DNA of 64,000 nucleotides from Promethearchaeota archaeon. Its GTDB lineage: Archaea; Asgardarchaeota; Lokiarchaeia; Sigyniarchaeales; SOKP01. Positions 9,310 to 18,241 of the stretch are shown here, one piece after another. The position numbers and the translations under genes are program-made. Within the stretch, counting starts at the first letter, position 1, and each line of letters begins with the position of its first letter. The notes beneath the pieces are model-generated. The model was not told the origin of the DNA and ran no database searches. It worked only from the letters and a program-made list of their open reading frames with translations. The DNA lies in the NCBI GenBank assembly GCA_048937405.1, contig JBHLNF010000001.1:912785-976784 (forward strand), given 5' to 3'.

Positions 9310-12180
9310 ATGAATGAATTCATTATCATTAAGGGTGCTAGAGAGAATAATTTAAAAGATATTGATGTAAAAATACCACGTAATAAGCTTGTGGTGGTAA
9401 CTGGCATTAGTGGGAGCGGAAAAAGTTCCCTTGCAATGAATACATTATATGCAGAAGGACAGCGAAGATTCTTAGAGTCATTATCAAGTTATGCCAGACA
9501 ATTCTTAGGAGAGATGGATAAACCCGATGTAGATTCAATAGAAGGATTATCTCCCGCAATTGCAATTGAGCAAAAACCACTCTCAAAAAATCCACGAAGT
9601 ATAGTTGGGACAGTTACTGAAATTTATGATTATTATCGATTGCTATATGCAAATATTGGTATCCCTCATTGTCCGAATTGTGGAAAAGAAATAAAACCTC
9701 AAACACCACAGCAAATTATTCAACAGATCCTAGGAACAATAAGTGAAAATCAAAAATTTATTGTTAAATCTCCAGTTATACGAGATAGAAAAGGAGAATA
9801 CAAAGATCTTTTACAAGATTTAAAAAAACAAGGATATGTTAGAGTAGAAATTGATGGGATACAATATACATTAGATGAAGACATTTCTATGGAAAAGAAT
9901 GTTAAACACAACATTAATGTTATTATTGACAGATTAGTAATGCGAAAAGATATTAGAACAAGATTAGCTGATTCGATTGAGACTGCATTAGAACTATCAG
10001 AAGGGTTAGTAATTGTTGAGATTGTTGAAAAAACGGAACAAATTTATTCTGAACATCTTGCTTGTATTGATTGTGGAATTTCATTTCCTCCAATAGACCA
10101 TAAAATGTTTTCCTTTAATATTCCTCATGGAAGTTGTAAATATTGTAGTGGATTAGGTAATGTTATGGAATTTGACTATGGTTTATTATTAGGAAATGAC
10201 TTAGATGTTCCACTACAAGAAACTCCGATTAGAGATATTCCTGGTTTTGGATCTGAAAATGGATATTCCTGGCAAACTATAGTACAAGTTGCTAAACACT
10301 ATGGATTCGATACTAAGTATACTCCAATTAAGGATATTGATCCAAAAAAACTTCATAAAGTTTTGTTTGGAACAGAAAATGAATCAATTGATTTCCATTT
10401 TAAAAGTGATAATAATGAATATAAAAATCACAATGGAGAATTTAAATCTTCTTGGCAAGTGCTAAGGCCATTTGAGGGAATAATTCCAATTCTTCAAAGA
10501 AGATATATGGAAACTCGTTCAGAATGGGCTCGTGATGTCTATGAAAGTTTTATGAAGAGGATAAATTGCCCTCAATGCAAAGGTAAAAGGTTAAAACCTG
10601 AGAGTTTGGCTATAACGATAAAGGATCTTAATATTGCTGATTTATCTAACCTATCTGTAAAGGAATCCTTAAATTTTTTTAATAAATTACAATTAAATGA
10701 GACTGAAAAGATAATAGTTAAAGAAGTATTAAAAGAAATATTAGATAGACTATCTTTTCTTAAAAATGTGGGGTTAGATTACATAACTCTAAACCGTCGT
10801 TCAGATACACTATCTGTAGGGGAAGCTGAAAGGATACGATTAGCAACTCAATTAGGCTCTAGTTTAGTAGGTGTTTTGTATGTATTGGATGAGCCAAGCA
10901 TAGGATTACATCAAAGAGATGTCTCACGCCTCATTAAAATGCTAAAGAAGTTAAGAGATTTAGGAAATACAGTTATAGTAGTTGAACATGATGAGGCAAT
11001 AATGCGTAGTGCTGATCACATCATTGATTTAGGACCATTAGCAGGCGAAAGAGGGGGTGAAGTAGTAGCTGAAGGTCCGATAGAAACAATAATTAATTCA
11101 GATAGTTTAACAGGAGAATATTTATCAGGGAAAAAGAAAATTAATATTCCAAAAGCTAGACGCGAAATTAATAAAGATATAATTGAAATAATAGGAGCAA
11201 AAGAAAATAATTTAAAAGATATTAATGTAAAAATTCCTTTAGGTATATTTTCCTGTATTACTGGAGTTTCTGGGGCAGGGAAAACAAGTCTTATTATCGA
11301 TTGTCTATATAAAGGGCTTCATAATATAATAAACACTCGAAGTTCTAAACTAAATCCAGGAGAATTTGATAAAATTATAGGATACGAAAAAATAGATAAA
11401 ATTATAAATATTGACCAATCTCCCATAGGAAGAACTCCAAGATCTGTACCTGCTACTTATACAAAAGCATTAGATTACATTAGAGAAATCTTTGCTGGTT
11501 TGCCAGAATCTAGAGAACGAGGTTATAAGAAGGGAAGATTTAGTTTCAATACAAAAGATGGACATTGTAAAAAGTGTAAGGGTACAGGTTACATCTTGAA
11601 AGAAATGTATTTCCTCCCTGATGTGTATATCAAATGCGATTTATGCAAGGGTAAAAGATATAATGCTGAAACATTAGATATAAAATATCGCGAAAAATCG
11701 ATCTTTGATGTATTAAAAATGACTTTTCATCAAGCATTAGAATTCTTTGATAGTTTTCCAAATTTAAAGAGAACAATAAAAACTGTAGTAGATGTTGGAT
11801 TAGGGTATTTAGAATTAGGTCAATCCTCAACAACGCTTAGTGGTGGAGAATCACAAAGGTTGAAAATAGCGAGGGAGTTAAGAAAAACTAGTACTGGTAA
11901 TACATTATTTATTTTAGATGAACCTACAACAGGTCTCAGTTCGTTTGATATTAATTATTTATTAAGAGTTCTTCAAAAATTAGTAGATAAAGGTAATACT
12001 GTAATTATTATTGAACATAATATGGATATTGTAAAATCTGTCGATTATATTATTGATCTTGGTCCTGAAGGTGGTGAAAAAGGAGGTCATATTGTAGCTC
12101 AAGGTACTCCTGAAGCAATAATTACAAATAATAAATCCTATACTGCTCAATATCTTAAACCATATCTCAACTCCAAATAA
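9310..12180 (+). CDS. uvrA: Excinuclease ABC subunit A
   Basis: Two ABC ATPase domains (GISGSGKS, GVSGAGKT), AEGQRRFLESLSSYARQF, Zn-finger CxxC pairs, LDEPSIGLH, LSGGESQR, LDEPTTGL. Confidence 0.98.
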   Translation: MNEFIIIKGARENNLKDIDVKIPRNKLVVVTGISGSGKSSLAMNTLYAEGQRRFLESLSSYARQFLGEMDKPDVDSIEGLSPAIAIEQKPLSKNPRSIVGTVTEIYDYYRLLYANIGIPHCPNCGKEIKPQTPQQIIQQILGTISENQKFIVKSPVIRDRKGEYKDLLQDLKKQGYVRVEIDGIQYTLDEDISMEKNVKHNINVIIDRLVMRKDIRTRLADSIETALELSEGLVIVEIVEKTEQIYSEHLACIDCGISFPPIDHKMFSFNIPHGSCKYCSGLGNVMEFDYGLLLGNDLDVPLQETPIRDIPGFGSENGYSWQTIVQVAKHYGFDTKYTPIKDIDPKKLHKVLFGTENESIDFHFKSDNNEYKNHNGEFKSSWQVLRPFEGIIPILQRRYMETRSEWARDVYESFMKRINCPQCKGKRLKPESLAITIKDLNIADLSNLSVKESLNFFNKLQLNETEKIIVKEVLKEILDRLSFLKNVGLDYITLNRRSDTLSVGEAERIRLATQLGSSLVGVLYVLDEPSIGLHQRDVSRLIKMLKKLRDLGNTVIVVEHDEAIMRSADHIIDLGPLAGERGGEVVAEGPIETIINSDSLTGEYLSGKKKINIPKARREINKDIIEIIGAKENNLKDINVKIPLGIFSCITGVSGAGKTSLIIDCLYKGLHNIINTRSSKLNPGEFDKIIGYEKIDKIINIDQSPIGRTPRSVPATYTKALDYIREIFAGLPESRERGYKKGRFSFNTKDGHCKKCKGTGYILKEMYFLPDVYIKCDLCKGKRYNAETLDIKYREKSIFDVLKMTFHQALEFFDSFPNLKRTIKTVVDVGLGYLELGQSSTTLSGGESQRLKIARELRKTSTGNTLFILDEPTTGLSSFDINYLLRVLQKLVDKGNTVIIIEHNMDIVKSVDYIIDLGPEGGEKGGHIVAQGTPEAIITNNKSYTAQYLKPYLNSK

Positions 12181-12235
12181 TTAAATACAAATCCTAAAAA
12201 TTTTTTTAAAGCTTTAAACAAAATTCTAAACCTAT
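11981..12235 (+). repeat. 255-bp direct repeat, copy 1 (uvrA 3' end plus downstream 55 bp); partner 16325-16579
   Basis: Ungapped alignment at offset 4344. Confidence 0.95.
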
Positions 12236-12305
12236 AATAGATTTATTTATAATGCAAGTATTGTTAAACTATTTTAAATATAAAATCTGAAAATCGTGGT
12301 AAAAA

Positions 12306-12533
12306 ATGACAGATGAAATGAATAAGATAATTAGAGCACCTATAGTGTGTATTCTTGGTCACATTGACCATGGAAAAACTACTATATTAGATTATATCAG
12401 AGGTACTGTTGTCCAACCAAGAGAAGCAGCAGAGATTACGCAACATATTGGTGCATCATAATTTCCAATAGATGACATAAAGGAATTTTTAAGAAAATCA
12501 AAACAAGAATTTGCTGAAAAAGAAATAAAACTT
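12306..12533 (+). pseudogene. infB: infB (aIF5B) 5' fragment, 76 codons with in-frame TAA at 12459
   Basis: Reads [75 protein letters not shown] and aligns to 18242-18466. Confidence 0.95.
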
Positions 12534-12685
12534 GCACCCTTAATGATAATGAATTCATTCATATTCTACTATATCTTTTTAATTCAGAAAGTCAAAAAAA
12601 TTTTTCTACGATAGGATTAAACCTTATATTGTTATTTACAAATAAAAAATAATATAAAGAACCAGAATTTTTAATTTATGAATTA
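12534..12685 (-). repeat. Inverted copy of the uvrA promoter and first ~10 codons
   Basis: 12534-12608 is the exact reverse complement of 9264-9338 (75 bp); degenerate similarity continues to ~12685. Confidence 0.95.
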
Positions 12686-13180
12686 TTTTCATTAAAATCG
12701 ATTCTTTTCTTCTTTATCCATAAATTCTTGAAGGAAAAATACAACTTTCTTAATATCTTCTAAAAGATTTTGAGCTCGCTCAAAAAAACTCATTTATACA
12801 ATACTAAATTAATCAGGATCAAGGTTAATATATTTAAAGAAGCCTTTAAAATTATTCAAGGTCGATGGATAATTGAGATTTATGATAAGGAAAAAATTTA
12901 CTAAACTCCAAACTATTGAAAAATCTACTCACGAATTCATTGCTCAAAAACCTGATGATCCTAAACATGCTAAAATATTCTTAAAAAGCATCTTAAATTT
13001 TATATGTTAATTTTTATTGATTTAAGCTGTAACGATGATTCTATATTAGAAGAAAATTAAGATTTAAAAACTTTTATTGAAGACGGTATTATTGAATCAA
13101 AAGGCGATGATTATTTGATCCCCTATGTTCAGAGTTCGTCATATCTAATCCCTTATGTTTTTTTAAGTGAAAACATATCC

Positions 13181-13990
13181 TTAACGTAAAAAACCATGAA
13201 TATTTTCAGAATAATTTAAGAAATTCTTTAAAGTTATTTCAGGATGGTGATAACGAGACCTTCCTTTTGTAGTTTTACCATATTGAATGGCTTCTTGTGG
13301 ACACCAATTCAAGCAGGCCATACATTGTTGACACTTATGATGCCATTGAGGTTTATCATTAATAATCTTTATATTTTGTACAGGACAAACTTTCTCACAA
13401 ATACCACAGTTATTACAGTTCTCTTTAACCCAAAACTTACGATCCATTTTTGGTATTTTTCGATAATTACCTTCTTGTAAAAGGTTCATAATTTTAATGT
13501 TAGCGCTTGAAATTTTTATATTTTTATGATTTTCTATAGTTTTACTAATCTCATTTACTTTTTGTTTTGCATTCTTAAATCTTTCTTTTTGATCTTCTTT
13601 TGATGATGGTTCATAAAGAGGTATATAATTACCAGGCATTAAGATAGCAAAACTTGCATTTAAACATTTTCCTTTTTCTTTAAGAACGTTGTTAATTATG
13701 TCAAACGTAGCTCCTAAGATTCTATGGTAAGTAGCGACAGTATATAGATAATCAATCTGTGTTAGATCAAGTATTTTTATAAAATCAGCTACAACAGGAG
13801 GAAGAGCATGAAAATATACAGGAAAGATGATTCCAGCAGTTTCAATTGGATATTTGATTTTTCCGTTAATTACATTTGGAATTGAGCAAATTAACGTATT
13901 CTTTAATCTCTGAGCAAGTTCTATACTTATTCTCAAAGAATTTCCAGTGCCTGAAAAATAAAAAATCCTATTATTTACCGAGATAGTCAA
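13181..13990 (-). CDS. EFR1-type flavodoxin-fold/ferredoxin fusion protein
   Basis: YFSGTGNS, FPVY, MPGNY, two 4Fe-4S motifs (CNNCGICEKVCP, CQQCMACLNWCP), GRSRYHHP. Confidence 0.9.
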   Translation of the reverse strand: MTISVNNRIFYFSGTGNSLRISIELAQRLKNTLICSIPNVINGKIKYPIETAGIIFPVYFHALPPVVADFIKILDLTQIDYLYTVATYHRILGATFDIINNVLKEKGKCLNASFAILMPGNYIPLYEPSSKEDQKERFKNAKQKVNEISKTIENHKNIKISSANIKIMNLLQEGNYRKIPKMDRKFWVKENCNNCGICEKVCPVQNIKIINDKPQWHHKCQQCMACLNWCPQEAIQYGKTTKGRSRYHHPEITLKNFLNYSENIHGFLR

Positions 13991-14117
13991 TCAATTTCAC
14001 TCTCGTTTATTATTATATTAAAGTTAATATTGAGAATATTTCGTAATTCATATTCCATTTTATTTAAAAGCATACGAATATCAAGCCTGTTTATAAGTTT
14101 AATATCTTAATAAGGCT

Positions 14118-14690
14118 CTAATTTATTTTATTAAAGATAAAGGCATTAAACATGGGATTTTTTTTAATTTGTATTGATAAATGAAAATTTCTTGCGTAAT
14201 CTATAGGATCTACAGCCTCTGGGTGTGTTGGAAATTTCTTTCTTGCTATTTTAATTCTTTTACGAGTAGGTTCGAATATGCAAATAACACCGTTTGGTTT
14301 TATTGTGCGAACACATTCTTTAAACGCTGAAGCACTATCATCCATGTGATGGAGAGCTCCCATAACGAAAATTGCGTCAAATGATTCATCTTCAAAAGGC
14401 ATTTCTTCGGCATTAAATGGCTTAAAAGTTATTAAATGATCAACATTAAAGCTTTTGGCATTTTCTAGCCAATTTTGTTTAGCGTGCTCTGAATTATCAT
14501 TTTCAGGTTCTCCAGTAAGTACTTTAAAATTATTTAAAGCCAATGTAATTGCCATTCTACCTTTTCCCGTCCCTACATCCAAAATTTTTGCGTTCTTATC
14601 TAATTTTAAATCTTGAACGACGGGATTGATAATATCAAAAATAGAACTAAATTCATTCTCTAAAACATCTTTCATTTGTTCTTTTTCCAT
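14118..14690 (-). CDS. Class I SAM-dependent methyltransferase
   Basis: ILDVGTGKG, AEEMPFEDESFD, ALHH, KPNG. Confidence 0.9.
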   Translation of the reverse strand: MEKEQMKDVLENEFSSIFDIINPVVQDLKLDKNAKILDVGTGKGRMAITLALNNFKVLTGEPENDNSEHAKQNWLENAKSFNVDHLITFKPFNAEEMPFEDESFDAIFVMGALHHMDDSASAFKECVRTIKPNGVICIFEPTRKRIKIARKKFPTHPEAVDPIDYARNFHLSIQIKKNPMFNAFIFNKIN

Positions 14691-14724
14691 TTTTTTCTAC
14701 TTTTTACTTTTCTTTTTCTTCTTT

Positions 14725-14858
14725 ATTTTTTTAAATTTTTATTTAAATTTTTTTAGTTCGATCTCTGATAGTACGAGATCTGATTATAATACATTAAACT
14801 TAATATTTAAAGATTTTGAATCACCTAAACTCGAACTATCTGGAAATAATTATCAATT
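14725..14858 (-). repeat. 134-bp inverted repeat, left arm (upstream region of the methyltransferase)
   Basis: Reverse complement of 15505-15638 with 2 mismatches. Confidence 0.95.
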
Positions 14859-14892
14859 CAGATTAAAGATTTAGATTAAAAAATAGCTTAAT

Positions 14893-15366
14893 TTATAAAG
14901 AATCTAAATTATCAAGCAATTTTTTAATTAATATGGATAATTGCTCGATTTCTTCAGGTTTAAAGTCCTTACAACAATTTATCATTAATCTTTCATTTGC
15001 AGGTATTGATTTACAAAGATTCATACCTTTATCTGTCAATTTAACGAATAGACTTCTCCTATCTTCTGGATTTGCTTTACGAATAACTAATCCTTTTTTT
15101 TCCATCGTATCAACAACTGATGTAATGGTTGATCTGGAAGAATAACAAATTTCTGCCAAATTTTTAAATTGAAGTTTACCATGTTTTTCTAGTTGTTCTA
15201 AAATAAAATATTGAGGAATAGTTAATCTAAATTTTCGAACTATTGGTCTTTGTAATTGGTAGAATTTTTTAGCAACTATATCAATTGATTTAAAAATCTC
15301 CTCAATTTTACTTGAGTTAACATTAATATTAGAACTACTAGAATAATGGTTTGAATTTTCATTCAT
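14893..15366 (-). CDS. MarR family transcriptional regulator
   Basis: LTIPQYFIL...STITSVVDTMEKKGLV.R...DRRSLFVKLT.KG. Confidence 0.92.
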   Translation of the reverse strand: MNENSNHYSSSSNINVNSSKIEEIFKSIDIVAKKFYQLQRPIVRKFRLTIPQYFILEQLEKHGKLQFKNLAEICYSSRSTITSVVDTMEKKGLVIRKANPEDRRSLFVKLTDKGMNLCKSIPANERLMINCCKDFKPEEIEQLSILIKKLLDNLDSL

Positions 15367-15504
15367 AGGTTATCAATGTAATAATTTTACTTTTAATTAA
15401 TTGTATTCTAATTATCTTATATGGTTTTTATTCTTATTATTTTTCTCTTATAATGAAGAAATTGATTCGAATTTATATACGCACTTATTAAAATTTATCA
15501 ATTT

Positions 15505-15638
15505 AATTGATAATTATTTCTGGATAGTTCGAGTTTAGGTGATTCAAAATCTTTAAATATTAAGTTTAATGTATTATAATCAGATCTCGTACTATCAGAG
15601 ATCGAACTAAAAAAATTTAAATAAAAATTTAAAAAAAT
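15505..15638 (+). repeat. 134-bp inverted repeat, right arm (upstream region of the C-GCAxxG-C-C gene), with candidate MarR operator half-sites
   Basis: Partner 14725-14858. Contains TAGTTCG, CGTACTA and CGAACTA half-sites and a GATCTC-9 nt-GAGATC palindrome. Confidence 0.95.
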
Positions 15639-15659
15639 CAACAAGTACAAGTGTATTAA

Positions 15660-16091
15660 ATGTCAAAAGTAGAACAAGCTGTTTCATGCTTTATGAAAGG
15701 ATTTTCATGTGGGCAAGCAATTCTTTCTACCTATGCAACAGAATTTGGATTAGAACGAGAACTAGCTATAAAGGCGGGTACTGGTTTTGGAGCAGGGATG
15801 GGTAGATTAGGTAAAACTTGCGGAGCAGTGACTAGCGCAATTCTAGTTCTCAGTTTAAAGTATGGAAGCAATAAAATAGATGAAAAAGCAAAAAATGAAA
15901 CATATGGCCAAGTTAAAAGATTCATAAAAAGTTTTATATCTGTTAATGGTTCAATTATTTGTAACGAATTGCTTGATTGCGATATTACCACTTCTGAAGG
16001 TATGAAGAAAGCAATTGATAATAATTTATTTAAAACTATTTGTCCTAATTTCGTGAGATCATCATCTGAAATCCTTGAACAAGTCTTATAA
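15660..16091 (+). CDS. C-GCAxxG-C-C family putative redox-active protein
   Basis: GFSCGQA, GFGAGMG..TCGAV, GSIICNELL, C-terminal ICPNFV. Confidence 0.9.
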   Translation: MSKVEQAVSCFMKGFSCGQAILSTYATEFGLERELAIKAGTGFGAGMGRLGKTCGAVTSAILVLSLKYGSNKIDEKAKNETYGQVKRFIKSFISVNGSIICNELLDCDITTSEGMKKAIDNNLFKTICPNFVRSSSEILEQVL

Positions 16092-16324
16092 GAATATAAT
16101 AGTCTGTTTCACATTAAGAAATTTTGGTTAATTTTATAAATGAAAGATAAATTAACTGAAATTCATAAAACTGTTTTTATTTTACTTAAATAATATTTAC
16201 TTTTTAAATAAATAATTGATTGTCATTTTGGTTTCGAATCCCTCAAACTCGTGATAACTAAAAGAAATTAATTCGTGTTATACTTTATGTCCTCAATATT
16301 CTTTTTACAGTTTCTAATGTTTGG

Positions 16325-16579
16325 TAGTAGATAAAGGTAATACTGTAATTGTTATTGAACATAATATGGATGTTGTAAAATCTATCGATTATATTATTGA
16401 TCATGGTCCTGAAGGTGGTGAAAAAGGAGGTCATGTTGTAGCTCAAGGTACTCCTAAAGCAATAATTACAAACAATAAATCCTATACTGCTCAATATCTT
16501 AAACCGTATCTCAACACCAAATGATTAAATACTATTCCTAAAAATTTTCTTAAGGCTTTAAACAAAATTCTAAACCTAT
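16325..16579 (+). pseudogene. uvrA: uvrA 3' fragment plus downstream sequence (copy 2 of the 255-bp direct repeat)
   Basis: [35 protein letters not shown]...YLKPYLNTK*; about 10 substitutions over the ~200 coding bp versus 11981-12180. Confidence 0.95.
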
Positions 16580-16685
16580 GGTAATTTAATTTTGGTTAAT
16601 ATTTCTCAAAATTAGAAGTCCTTCTATATTTTTAACACATAAATACGATATAAATATATGAAATTATTATTCAAATAATTTAATC

Positions 16686-18116
16686 ATGTCAAATAGAAAA
16701 AATATATATTGTACTATGGAAAAAAATTTTGAAAATAATAAGAAATGCAAAATAAACAGCATTACAAGATATAAAATTCAGTATGATAAATTAAAGACTA
16801 ATAATACTTTACAATTCATTGAAGATTTACTTATTGAGCTTCAAAAAAATCCTGAATTATTAGCAGATATCTTTCCAGAACGAGTAAAAAAATTTACGGA
16901 TAGAGCACTCTCTCGATTTTGGAATCGTCATGAAAGGTTTATTGATAAGTTGAAATTAAAAATAAAAAAATTCAACTCTGATAATAGTTTCACTTTTAAA
17001 GATCTAAATTATCTTAAAAATAAATATATCAATGATTTTAATGATAAAGCTCATGATTGTATGAGAATGATTAATAGTTATCAAAATAATGAAATAAATA
17101 CTCTTGAGTTTATTGAGCAATTTAAAATTGAATTAGGAAAAATTTCAGGCAAAATTGAAATATCTAAACAAGAATTGAGTATTTTATTTGGACATTACCC
17201 TGGATTTATATCAGAGATTATGTCAAAAATTAAAAAATCACATATTCAAAAGAGTTATCCTAATTATAAATTTTCTTTAGAAAATTTAAAAGATTTGGAG
17301 GAGAATCTCATCGAAATATCACATCCTTCTTTAAACAGATTTTTAAAACTAATCAATAAGTATAGAAGTCTTAATTCTAATTTAAAAGAATATTCAAAGC
17401 AACAATATACAATAAAAAATCCAAATTTATTTTCAGAAATCATTTTGTTATCTACTGCTTATTGGTATGGATTTCTTTGTGCTGATGGTTGGATTAGTAA
17501 AATTTGTGAAAATAAATATAGAATTGGATTTAAACTTGCTAAAAAAGATCGAGACCGAATTAATTCATTTGCTGATTATGTAGGTTTTAAACGAAACCGA
17601 ATAAGAGAAGTCTATCAATTTAGGAAGAATAATGAAGGTGAGATTAAATTATATGAAAGTCTTAGTATTGAATTTTGTTGTAAACCTATGTATAAAGATC
17701 TAATAGAACATGGTTTCGATGATTTTAAATCCAATAGAGAAGGTGTTCCAAAATTTGTGAAAAAAGCTATCAAACAAGCAAAAGAAGAAGTATTTAGTAC
17801 TAATCTTCATTGGTCTCAATCATTTGAGGGCAAAATAGCTTTTGCTTGGCTTCTTGGTTTTTATGATGGTGATGGTCGATATCGAGGAGGTTATTGTGCT
17901 GAACTATATTCTTCTAATAAAAAATTATTAGAAGAAATCAAGGAATTTTTTGAATGTCCAAATGAAGTAAGATTTTTAAGGGAACCAGGTGAAATCAAAT
18001 TAATTTTTAATAAAGAAACAATTTGTGAAGGTTATTATATTTTAACAACTGGTTCTGAGATATTTAAGTGTATGTTATTAAGTTATAGTAATAGTATGCA
18101 ACGAAAACGACCCTAA
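16686..18116 (+). CDS. Free-standing double-motif LAGLIDADG homing-endonuclease-like protein with ~250-aa N-terminal extension
   Basis: AYWYGFLCADGWI (~17457) and AWLLGFYDGDG (~17844), both keeping the acidic catalytic position; SSNKKLLEEIK follows motif 2; no intein splice termini. Confidence 0.85.
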   Translation: MSNRKNIYCTMEKNFENNKKCKINSITRYKIQYDKLKTNNTLQFIEDLLIELQKNPELLADIFPERVKKFTDRALSRFWNRHERFIDKLKLKIKKFNSDNSFTFKDLNYLKNKYINDFNDKAHDCMRMINSYQNNEINTLEFIEQFKIELGKISGKIEISKQELSILFGHYPGFISEIMSKIKKSHIQKSYPNYKFSLENLKDLEENLIEISHPSLNRFLKLINKYRSLNSNLKEYSKQQYTIKNPNLFSEIILLSTAYWYGFLCADGWISKICENKYRIGFKLAKKDRDRINSFADYVGFKRNRIREVYQFRKNNEGEIKLYESLSIEFCCKPMYKDLIEHGFDDFKSNREGVPKFVKKAIKQAKEEVFSTNLHWSQSFEGKIAFAWLLGFYDGDGRYRGGYCAELYSSNKKLLEEIKEFFECPNEVRFLREPGEIKLIFNKETICEGYYILTTGSEIFKCMLLSYSNSMQRKRP

Positions 18117-18241
18117 CTTTTAACTTTTATATATTCCATTAACTTTTATTACAATAACATTGTTAAAATCAAAATACTTTTATTATTAGTGCAATATTAG
18201 TTTTAATTTTATAATAATTAACAAAAAAGTTTTGTGATAAA

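Noticed and set aside
14626-14874. 82-aa plus-strand ORF
   Set aside because: Overlaps the methyltransferase start and the promoter repeat; its Phe run comes from a T-rich tract.
15660-16091. Selenoprotein version of the C-GCAxxG-C-C protein
   Set aside because: All motif positions are Cys codons; no in-frame TGA.
16228-16252. GGTTTCGAATCCC as a tRNA T-arm or att site
   Set aside because: No T-stem pairing, acceptor stem or cloverleaf can be built, and no second copy was seen.
16325-16524. uvrA 3' duplicate as a DGR template/variable repeat pair
   Set aside because: Differences include G>A, T>A and T>C, so they are not adenine-specific, and there is no reverse transcriptase in the window.
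16686-18116. LAGLIDADG ORF as an intein or intron-encoded protein
   Set aside because: It has its own start and stop, no N-terminal Cys/Ser or C-terminal HN splice motifs, and interrupts no host gene.
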